This document shows, piece by piece, positions 9,722-18,500 of a stretch of 52,146 nt of DNA. Origin of the DNA: a bacterium (GTDB lineage Bacteria > J088 > JAWLBW01); NCBI GenBank assembly GCA_041690355.1, contig JAWLHK010000013.1:62001-114146 (forward strand), read 5' to 3'. The position numbers and the translations under genes are program-made. Numbering within the stretch: the first letter of the stretch is position 1; each line of letters opens with the position of its first letter. The notes beneath the pieces were generated by a model. That model did no database searches. It worked only from the letters and a program-made list of their open reading frames with translations, and was not told the origin of the DNA.

Positions 9722-12358
9722 ATGCCTGCTGCTCGCCCCCGTACGCTGCTTGCTACGCACACGTCGTCGGATCTCGACGGCTTCGCCGCCCTCGTCGCGC
9801 TTCGCCCCCTGTTTCCGGAGGCGCGCATCCTGGTCGCCGAGCGCGTGCAGGAGTCGGTGGCCGATCTGCTTCACGAGCTGGCCGGCGCCGAATACCTGCT
9901 GCGCGAAGCCGATCTGGATCCGTCGCGCATCGAGCGGCTCGTCGTCGCCGACACGGCCGACCTGAGCCGGCTGGGCCGATGGACGGCTGCGCTGCCGGCC
10001 ACGGCACGTCTGCTCGTGTTCGACCACCACCCCCCCGAAACGCGCAACCTGCCGCAGGGGGCCGAGCTCGACCTGCGTCATGGCGAAGTGGGCTCGGTCT
10101 GCACGCTCGTGACCGAATACCTCCAGGCGCAGGCGGCCGACGTCGAGCCGCGAACGGCCACGCTCCTGCTCGCGGGGCTCTTCGAAGACACCGGCCAGCT
10201 GGCCTTTCGCTCGACGCGGCCGCGCGACTTCACGGCGGGAGCCGCGCTGCTGAGCTGGGGGGCCGATCCCGCGCTGGCCGCCCGCTACCTCCAGCGTCTC
10301 TGGGATGCGCGGCGCATCGCGCTGGTCGCCGATCTCCGGGAGAACGCGCGCCTGGTTTCCTGGGGCAACCTGCGGGCCCTGCTGGCCCAGCTCACCCTGC
10401 CGTACTTCGTCGCCGACGTCGGGGGCCTTGCCTCGGAGCTCACGGCCGAAGGGGCCGACGCGGCCTTTCTGCTGGCGGCCGTTCCCGACAAGGTCTTCAT
10501 CGTCGGGCGGTCGCTCAGCCCGGGGGTTTCTGTGGCCGAGGTCATGCAGGAGCTCGGCGGCGGCGGACACGAGACGGCCGCCTCGGCGGTGCTCACCGAC
10601 ACGACGCTCGTCGAAGCCGAGGCTGCTCTGCGCCGCGCGCTCGATCATCGGGCCGCGCCGCTCCTGGCCGCCCGCGACATCATGAGCCGGCCGATTCTCT
10701 CCGTCGATGTTGCCGCACCGATTGCAGACGCGCACCGCAAGCTCTCCGCGTTTCGCATCGGCTCGCTCGTGGTCACCGAGAAGGGGGCACCGGCGGGCAT
10801 CATCGATGCCGATGCCGCCGCCCTGGCCGTCGAGCATGGAGTTCACGCCGAGCCGGTGCGCGACTACGCGCGCGCGCTCCCCGATCCGGTCGACGTTGCG
10901 ACGCCTCTGCATGAACTGCGGGCGCTGCTCTACCGCACCCACGAACGCTTTTTCGTGGTCTACGCCGAGGGCGAGCCGGCCGGGGTCGTCACCCGCCGCG
11001 ACGTGCTGCGTGCCGTCTACGAGCAGGCGGCGCCCCCGGTGCGCGGCGCGGGGGGCTCGACCGCTCCGGCGCGCCACCTCGGGGGTGAATTCAAACCGCA
11101 ACTGGGCGCTACGGTGGCGGCGCATCTGCGGCAGGTGGGCGCGTGGGCGGGAGAGGGGGGCTGCCGCACCTTTCTGGTCGGCGGGGGCGTGCGCGACCTC
11201 GTACTGCGACGCAAGCCGACCGATCTGGATCTGGTCGTCGACGGCGAGACCGGGGCGCTTCTCGATCGCCTGCGCGATGCGGGGGCCGAGGTCAAGGTCT
11301 TCGGCCGCTACCACACGGCGCACGTCGCGTTCGCCGACGGCACGGCCTTCGATCTGGCCCGCGCCCGCCGCGAGACCTACGCGCGTCCGGGCGCCCTCCC
11401 CGAGGTCGTGCCCGGGAGCCTCGAACAGGACCTTTTTCGCCGCGACTTCACGATGAACGCGCTGGCCGTCGACCTCTCTCCCGATCGGTTCGGCCAGCTG
11501 TTCGACCGCTTCGGCGGCCTGTCCGATCTCAAGCACGGACGCATTCGCGTGCTGCACAGCCTGAGCTTCGTCGAAGATCCGACGCGCGCCTTCCGGGCCA
11601 TGCGTCTGGCCGTACGCTTCGGCTTTTCGCTAGAAGACCAGACGCGCCGTCTGCTCGAGCGGGCGGTGGCCCTCGACCTGTTCCGCGAGAGCGAGGGGAC
11701 CCGTCTGCGGCGCGAGCTGGTGCTCATCTTCGAAGAGCGTGACCCGCTGGCCGTGCTCCACGCGCTCGAGGAGCGCGGCATCCTGCGCGCCACGGGCGGG
11801 CTCGCGTTCGGTCCCGAGGAGGAAGCGCGCATGCGGGCGGCCTTGGAGTGGATGGACTGGTACCGGGTACAGTTCGGCGGGCCGCCGCGCTACGGCGAAA
11901 CGCTCATGCTCGGCATGCTGACCGCCGGCATGTCGCCCGAGCGGGGCCGCACCGCGCTCGAAGGCTGCAAGGTGCCCGGCGTCGAAATCGAGCGCTGGGA
12001 AGGTTTCAGGCAAGGGGCCCGCGACCTTGCCCGTTTTCTGGGTGCGGATGCGCACGTACCCTCGGCAGTCGCCCGCCGGGTCGAGCAGGCTGCTCCCGAA
12101 ACGCTTCTCGTGCTGGGGATGCTGCACGGCGAGCACCGCGAAACGGTGACGGCCGCGCTGACCCGCTGGCCCGGCGTCCGCCCGGGCCTCTCGGGCGACG
12201 ATCTCATGGCGCTGGGGATTCCCCGCGGGCCGGAGCTGAGCGCCTGGACCCGCCGCATCCGCGACGCGCTGCTCGACGGCAGACTTCAGCCGGGGCCTGA
12301 AACCGAGCGGGCCTGGGTGCGCGAGCGACTGGCTTCAGGCGCCTCGAAAGACGGCTGA
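9722..12358 (+). CDS. tRNA nucleotidyltransferase with N-terminal DHH/DHHA1 and CBS domains (A-adding type architecture)
   Basis: DLDG, FDHH, EDTG, GGGH; CBS pair; VGGGVRD, DLDLV, RRDFTMNAL, SFVEDPTR; alternative start 9716. Confidence 0.9.
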   Translation: MPAARPRTLLATHTSSDLDGFAALVALRPLFPEARILVAERVQESVADLLHELAGAEYLLREADLDPSRIERLVVADTADLSRLGRWTAALPATARLLVFDHHPPETRNLPQGAELDLRHGEVGSVCTLVTEYLQAQAADVEPRTATLLLAGLFEDTGQLAFRSTRPRDFTAGAALLSWGADPALAARYLQRLWDARRIALVADLRENARLVSWGNLRALLAQLTLPYFVADVGGLASELTAEGADAAFLLAAVPDKVFIVGRSLSPGVSVAEVMQELGGGGHETAASAVLTDTTLVEAEAALRRALDHRAAPLLAARDIMSRPILSVDVAAPIADAHRKLSAFRIGSLVVTEKGAPAGIIDADAAALAVEHGVHAEPVRDYARALPDPVDVATPLHELRALLYRTHERFFVVYAEGEPAGVVTRRDVLRAVYEQAAPPVRGAGGSTAPARHLGGEFKPQLGATVAAHLRQVGAWAGEGGCRTFLVGGGVRDLVLRRKPTDLDLVVDGETGALLDRLRDAGAEVKVFGRYHTAHVAFADGTAFDLARARRETYARPGALPEVVPGSLEQDLFRRDFTMNALAVDLSPDRFGQLFDRFGGLSDLKHGRIRVLHSLSFVEDPTRAFRAMRLAVRFGFSLEDQTRRLLERAVALDLFRESEGTRLRRELVLIFEERDPLAVLHALEERGILRATGGLAFGPEEEARMRAALEWMDWYRVQFGGPPRYGETLMLGMLTAGMSPERGRTALEGCKVPGVEIERWEGFRQGARDLARFLGADAHVPSAVARRVEQAAPETLLVLGMLHGEHRETVTAALTRWPGVRPGLSGDDLMALGIPRGPELSAWTRRIRDALLDGRLQPGPETERAWVRERLASGASKDG

Positions 12359-12410
12359 AGTCGGCTCCGCCGACATGTCCCTCAAGTAAGTTCTCGGTCC
12401 ATCCGAGGGA

Positions 12411-12426
12411 AGTGATTGAGATCACA
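12411..12426 (+). promoter_or_regulatory. CRP/FNR-family-like binding site
   Basis: AGTGA-ttgaga-TCACA, 9/10 match to TGTGA-N6-TCACA, centred about 42 bp upstream of the inferred start site. Confidence 0.6.
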
Positions 12427-12445
12427 GGCGCCTTTTTGACAGCTG

Positions 12446-12454
12446 TGGTAGAAT
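12446..12454 (+). promoter_or_regulatory. Extended -10 promoter of the DUF11 operon
   Basis: TGgTAGAAT upstream of SD (AAGGGAG) and GTG 12489. Confidence 0.6.
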
Positions 12455-12488
12455 CTAACCCCACGGAAGTCTAAGGGAGAAACCGCTC

Positions 12489-12938
12489 GTGACTCGCATC
12501 GCCATCGCACTGTATCTGCTTGCCCAGGCTGCGCCCGCGCAGACGGCGCCCGACATGCAGGGAAAAGTGCGCGTCTTCATCAAGGATCCGGACGTCAAAG
12601 AGGGGTGGCGGGAGTCTGAGGTGGTGCGTCCGGGAGATACCGTCCGGTACCGGCTCGAATACCAGAACAAGGGTACCGGACCGGCCGTCGGGTTCACGCT
12701 CCAGAACGAGATTCCCGAGGGGACGCTCCTGCTCGAGCGTCCGACGGCGCGTAACTGCCGCCTCGAGTTCTCCCATGACGAGGGGCGCACGTATGCCGAG
12801 AATCCGACCCGCAAGGTGAACGGAAAAACGGTTCCCGTGCCGCCCGCCGAATTCACGCACCTGCGCTGCCGGCAGACGCCGCCGCAGATTGCACCCGGCG
12901 AGCAGGTTGCCGCCGAGTACCTGGTTCTGGTGAAGTAA
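12489..12938 (+). CDS. Small secreted single-domain DUF11-like protein (candidate chaperone/cap)
   Basis: Signal peptide; VRPGDTVRYRLEYQNKG, EFSHDEGRTY; ends AEYLVLVK without the N-x-A strand. Confidence 0.8.
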   Translation: MTRIAIALYLLAQAAPAQTAPDMQGKVRVFIKDPDVKEGWRESEVVRPGDTVRYRLEYQNKGTGPAVGFTLQNEIPEGTLLLERPTARNCRLEFSHDEGRTYAENPTRKVNGKTVPVPPAEFTHLRCRQTPPQIAPGEQVAAEYLVLVK

Positions 12939-13005
12939 GCCGCTTTACGTTCGTCGACTGCATTTTATGTCCGGGAACAAGTCGTTCCACGAGGAGGAGG
13001 GAATC

Positions 13006-15447
13006 ATGAATCGAGTCCGTTTGCTCGCGTTTGCCGTGCTGGCGCTGCTGGTTTCGGCGACCGGGGCGCAGGCCGCCGGTACGCCGGTAGGCACCGTCAT
13101 TTCGAACCAGGCCTCGGCCACCTACGAAGATTCGACCGGCAATACCTACAATGCCTTGTCGAACCTCGTCCAGATCACGGTCGAGCAGGTCTATTCGGTG
13201 ACGATTACCCCGCTGACCGCGACCGATCAGGGCGTGGCGGGCGGTATCGTCTACTACGCGCACGAAGTGCAGAATACGGGCAATGGCGGAGACTCGTTCA
13301 GCTTTTCGAGCTCCGACTCGCAGGCCGGCTTCACGTCGACCATCTATGAAGATGTCAACGGCAACGGCATCCTCGAAGGGGGCGAACCGGTTCTCGCCAG
13401 CCCCTTCGCGCTGGCGGCCGACGCCACCGTGCGCATCATCGTCGCCGTCCAGATTCCCCCGGCCCCGCTCGCTTCGAACGACACGACGGTGCTCGTGACT
13501 TCGGTGGGTGACAATACCCAGACCGCGACGGCCACGGATACGACCAATATTTCGACCGGCCCGGTGCTGAACGTGACCCTGTCGCATGCGCCGGCCACGG
13601 TCAATCCCCTCGACATCCTGACGCTCACGGCGACAGCCGACAACAACGCCGGCGTCGACGATGCCGACAACGTCGTGCTCGTGCAGGCCGTTCCCGCGAA
13701 CACCGTCCTTCAGACCGGGACGACGGTCGTCGGCGGAACGTACGGCGGAACCTTTACCGTCGAGTACGACGACGGATCGAATACGTGGGCCCTTGGCGAC
13801 TCGGCTTCGGCCACCCAGGTGCGCGTGACCCTGACCCAGGTCGGCGGCGACATCCCGGTCTCGGGCACCGTGACCCTGGCCTTTGACGTGCAGGTCCAGA
13901 CGACCGCGCCGGCCGGTACCCCCGGCGTGACCCAGACGGCCACGGTCGATTACACGAATACGGCGGCGGTCGCGCAGACCCCCGACTCGGCCACGAACGA
14001 CATCACGGTCAACCAGGCTGCGGCGGTGACCCTGACGAACGACACCGGCCCGAGCCAGTCGACGCTGCCCGGGACGGCGGCCGACTACGTCTACACGATC
14101 ATCAACACCGGCAACGGAACCGACACGTTCGACCTGACCGTGAACGCTGTGCCCGGTTTCACGGTCGAACTGCTCGACGGCGCCCTGAACCCGATCGTCG
14201 CCTCGCCGGCGCTTGCCGCGGGCGCCAGCTACTCGTTCACCGTGCGCGTGACGCCGAATGCGAACGCGGCCGACACGACGCTGGCCGCCGGTGCGGTGCA
14301 CACCGTGGTCGCCACGAGCCAGTTCAACAATACCGTCAATGACAGCGACACGGCCACGACGACGGCCGACCGCAACACGCTGGTGACGGTGAGCTCGGCC
14401 GCCCCCAGCCTGACCGGCGTCGTCGGCGGAACGATCGTTTACACGGTCACCGTCACGAACGACGGCGACGCCCCCGACGCCTTCGATCTGGCGGTCAGTG
14501 ACGTCGGCGGCACCTACGCCGGCGCCACGAACCCGTGGAACTACGTGCTCTCGGCCGTGCAGACGGCGGTTCTCGCGCCGGGCGCTTCGGAAAACATCAC
14601 GGTCACCGTCACGGTGCCGGCCGATGCCGACCCGAACATCCCCGACACGGATATCATCCGCGTGGCCGCCACGCCGGTCTATGACGACAACGGCGTGCCC
14701 GATGCGACGAATTTCGTCGACTTGACGAGCACCGTGCAGGCCAACTTCGCCCATACGCTGACGGTGGTCGGACCGGCCAACCTCGACGCCGTTTCGGGCG
14801 GCTTCGCCACCTACCAGCTCGACCTCGCCAACACCGGCGACGCCGACGACAGCTACGACCTGAGCGTCGCGGCGAGCTCGCAGGGCTGGACCTGGACGTT
14901 CTACCTCGACAACGACCTCAGCGGCACGGTGAACGCCGGCGACACGAACGTCTCGGCGACCCCGGTGGCCGTGGCCGCGGGCGGCACGGTTCGCCTGCTC
15001 GCGCGCATCACGGTTCCGGCCGTGATCCCGCCGGTGCAGGACATCTCCGACATCGCCGCCACCTCGGTGGCCGTGCCGGCGAACGTGGCCACGGTGACGC
15101 TGACGACCTCGGTCGGCGCCCCCTCGATCTCGCTCAACAAGAGCTACGTCCTGACCGACACCGACGGCAGCGGCGGCCCGACGCCGGGCGACACCGTGAC
15201 GTACACAATCACCTACACCAACACCAGCACGACGACCGACGCGCTCAACGTCGTCATCAGCGATGCCGTTCCGGCGTTCACCACCTATGTGGCGAACAGC
15301 CTGACCCTGAACGGTGCGCCGCAGACAGACGCTTCAGACTCGCCGACCGACGAAGGCGAGGTCGTGGGCGGCAACGTGCAGGTCACGGTCGGAACCGTCC
15401 CGTTCGGGGCGTCCGGCGACGTGTCCTTCAGCGTGCTGATTCAATAA
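13006..15447 (+). CDS. Secreted Ig-like/DUF11 repeat protein, 813 aa (candidate major fibre subunit)
   Basis: Strong SD GAGGAGGAGG; signal peptide ending AQA; repeated Y...NTGN.D modules; C-terminal LNKS...PGDTVTYTITYTN...ISDAVP. Confidence 0.88.
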   Translation: MNRVRLLAFAVLALLVSATGAQAAGTPVGTVISNQASATYEDSTGNTYNALSNLVQITVEQVYSVTITPLTATDQGVAGGIVYYAHEVQNTGNGGDSFSFSSSDSQAGFTSTIYEDVNGNGILEGGEPVLASPFALAADATVRIIVAVQIPPAPLASNDTTVLVTSVGDNTQTATATDTTNISTGPVLNVTLSHAPATVNPLDILTLTATADNNAGVDDADNVVLVQAVPANTVLQTGTTVVGGTYGGTFTVEYDDGSNTWALGDSASATQVRVTLTQVGGDIPVSGTVTLAFDVQVQTTAPAGTPGVTQTATVDYTNTAAVAQTPDSATNDITVNQAAAVTLTNDTGPSQSTLPGTAADYVYTIINTGNGTDTFDLTVNAVPGFTVELLDGALNPIVASPALAAGASYSFTVRVTPNANAADTTLAAGAVHTVVATSQFNNTVNDSDTATTTADRNTLVTVSSAAPSLTGVVGGTIVYTVTVTNDGDAPDAFDLAVSDVGGTYAGATNPWNYVLSAVQTAVLAPGASENITVTVTVPADADPNIPDTDIIRVAATPVYDDNGVPDATNFVDLTSTVQANFAHTLTVVGPANLDAVSGGFATYQLDLANTGDADDSYDLSVAASSQGWTWTFYLDNDLSGTVNAGDTNVSATPVAVAAGGTVRLLARITVPAVIPPVQDISDIAATSVAVPANVATVTLTTSVGAPSISLNKSYVLTDTDGSGGPTPGDTVTYTITYTNTSTTTDALNVVISDAVPAFTTYVANSLTLNGAPQTDASDSPTDEGEVVGGNVQVTVGTVPFGASGDVSFSVLIQ

Positions 15448-15464
15448 TCGACCGGCTGCGACAA

Positions 15465-15493
15465 GGAGGGGCCGCAAGGCCCCTCCCTTTTTT
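15465..15493 (+). terminator. Intrinsic terminator inside the DUF11 operon
   Basis: GGAGGGGCC-GCAA-GGCCCCTCC followed by a T tract. Confidence 0.85.
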
Positions 15494-15501
15494 GGGGTGA
15501 C

Positions 15502-18500
15502 GTGGGCCTGCGACGGTTCAGCTGGATAGGTGTCCTTGCAGCGGTGCTGTGGGGTGGCTACGCATGGACGGCCACCCTCGCAGGGGTACAGATCCGGAAT
15601 CGCGCCGAAGCGGTCTATTACGACGCCGCCGGGCGCGAGTATGTCGCCTACAGCCCCTGGAGCGTTCTTGTCGTCGCTCCGGTGCTCTCCTTTTCGATTT
15701 CACCGTCGGCCGACCAGACCCGCGAGGGTACGGCGGGTACGTTCGTCACCTTTCCCTACCTGCTCGCCAACAGCGGCAACGTCACAGCCACGCTCGCCTT
15801 TTCGCTGGCGGGCACCGGGCCGTTCGAGGCGTATGAAGATCGCAACGGCAACGGCGTGATCGATGCGGGCGACGGTCTGCTGCCGTCGAGCGTGGAGCTG
15901 GAACCCGGCGCATCGCTCTCGGTGCTCGTGCTGCTCATCGTGCCGCCCGGCTCGCTGGCGGGCGACCTGTACGCCAACGATCTGCAGATCACCGCCGACT
16001 ACCCCGACAACCCGTTCACGCCCGTCGTACAGACCGTGCGCCAACGCGTCGACGTCGTCGAAGGCTCGCGATTCAGTCTCGGCAAAGGGGTGACGCTGCA
16101 GCAGGATGTCGACGGCGACGGCCGCCCCTCGCGTGGTGACGTACTCGAGTGGTCGGTACGTGCGTTCAATGAGGGAGACGAAGAAATCACTTCGCTCGTC
16201 GTCAGCGATCCGCTTCCGCCGACCGTCGTCTACCGGCCGGGACAGACGCGGCTCGAGCCCTGGAACCTGGCGGGGGGAACCCAGGCGGTGCTCGAATCGA
16301 GCGCCGACGGTTCGGTCTGGCATCCGGGCGAACCGTTGCCGGGGGAACGTTTTCTGCGCGTGCGCATGGATCTCGGCGGCGGCGGGGTCTTTCCGTCCGG
16401 CGCCGGTTTCCGCTTCACCTACCAGACGACCATCACCGACCAGACCTCGTACCCGGCCACCATCACGAACGTGGCCGTCGCAAAGTTCGAAGATCGGTTC
16501 AGTCCGCCGGTGCACACGCATCCGTCCAATGTCGCGTCGGTATTCGTGCAGGCGACGAACGGACTCGACATGCGCCTGCCCGTGCGCACGAGCGGCACGG
16601 CCGGAAGCCGTCTGCGCTGGTCGGCGGCCGTGACGAATACCACGGCCTCTCCCGTTCTCGTGAACTTTTCGGGAACCGGCCTCGTCTGGCCGTTTGTCCT
16701 GTACGATGCCGCGGGTACACCGCTGCCGGATGCCGATAACGACGGCCGCCGCGATCTGATCGCACCGCCGGGCACCACCTATTTCCTGGTCGAAGAAGAC
16801 CTCGCGGGAGCAAACGCCGGCGACATCGGTGACCTGAGCCTGACTGCGCGATCGGCAGTCGGAGCCGTTACGCGGGTGCACCGCACCGAGGTTGTCGGCG
16901 CGGTGCTCACCGCGGCGCCGGATGCGCCGGCGACGCAGGGGGCCGCGGGGACGACGGTCCGCATTCCGGTCACGCTGACGCTGGATGCGAGTTCGAACCA
17001 GCTGGTCACCGTCACGCCGGGCAGTTCGCCCTGGCCGGTGCGCGTCGTCGATGACGCCGGCCGCCCGTTGACCGATCTGGCGCTTTATCCGGGACGGCCG
17101 GTGACGGTCTACCTCGAAGTCGACATTCCCGCCGGCACCCCCGTCGGGGCGACGCGCCTCGTCACGGCGACCGTCGGCTGGAGCGGAACGCCGATTACGG
17201 TGCAGGCGACCGTGCAGACGACGTCGAGTCTGGGGCTTCTTCTCGCCCCCAGCGGGATGCGCCAGCGCGTAAATCCAGGCGGTACCGTCGAGTTCGCGCA
17301 CGTCGTCACGAATGTCGGCACCGTGCCGCTACGGACTTCACTTGTGCTCCGCCGTGAGACCGCCGTCATTGACCCGAAGGCGATCCGGCCCCAGACCGCT
17401 TCTGCCGCCGCAGCCACCCGTGCCCAGACGGCGCGCTGGCGTTTCGATTTTCTTTCGGGCGATCGGCCCATGGTCGATGATGACGGTGACGGGTATCCTG
17501 ATTTCGGCGTGGTCCCTCCCGGCGAAACACGGCGGTTCGTCGTCCGGGTGCGCGCGCCGCTCGAGGCCGCCCTGGGCACGGTTCAACCGTTTCGCATCGT
17601 CGGGCGGGCTGTCGGATACAACGACGTCGAGATTGCAGACGAAGTCGTCGTCGGCGGCGTCCCGCGGTTCGAGGCCGAGAGCAGCCGCAAGAGCGTGTCA
17701 CCCGCCGGCCGGGTCGAACCGGGCATGACGCTGCGGTACGCCGTACGCGTACGCAACGTGGGCGAGACCGCGGGCACCGAAGTCACCATCCGCGATCCGC
17801 TCCCCCAGGGGCTCGAGACGCCGAGCATCGTGCACGGCGAGGGTGCCTGGGATGCGCAGAGCCGGACCCTGACGTTTGCGCGCCCCCGCCTGGAACCGGG
17901 CGAAGAATGGGAAGTCGCCTTCGACGCCGTGGTGGCGTCCGACGCCCCGGTCGACGAAGAGCTGGTCAACCGCGCCTTCATCCAGACGGCCGAAATCTCG
18001 CCGTTCGAAACGAACGCCACGCGCACGCTGGTGCTCGAACGCGCCTTGCGGCTGGTGAAGACCGTCGACGAGAAGACGGCCGAAACCGGCGATTTCACGC
18101 ACTGGAACCTGCTGGTCGAGAACAGCTCGCGCCGGATGCCGCTTTTCGACGTGCAGGTGACCGACCGGCTCCCCCCCGGCCTGAGCTATGTCGCCGGAAG
18201 CGCGCGCGTCGACGGGCGGAGGCTGGCCGATCCCGAACGTGACGGTTCACTGCTGGTCTGGACGCTCGACGAGCTGGCGCCGGTCACGCGGCGCAAAATC
18301 ACTTTTCTTGCCACCGTCGATCCGCTGCGCACCGGGCGGGATCGGGAGAATATCGCCTGGGCGGCGGCCCGCACGCCCAACGGCCATGCGATCGACTCGG
18401 CCCGCGCGCGGGCCGTCGTGCGCATCGTCGAGGGGCTCTTCACCGACCGCGGCACGATCATCGGACGCGTCTTCTACGATGCCGACGAAAACGGCCGCTT

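Noticed and set aside
12436-12441. Perfect TTGACA as the -35 of the DUF11 operon
   Set aside because: Only 7 nt from TAGAAT, and no good -10 lies 16-18 nt downstream
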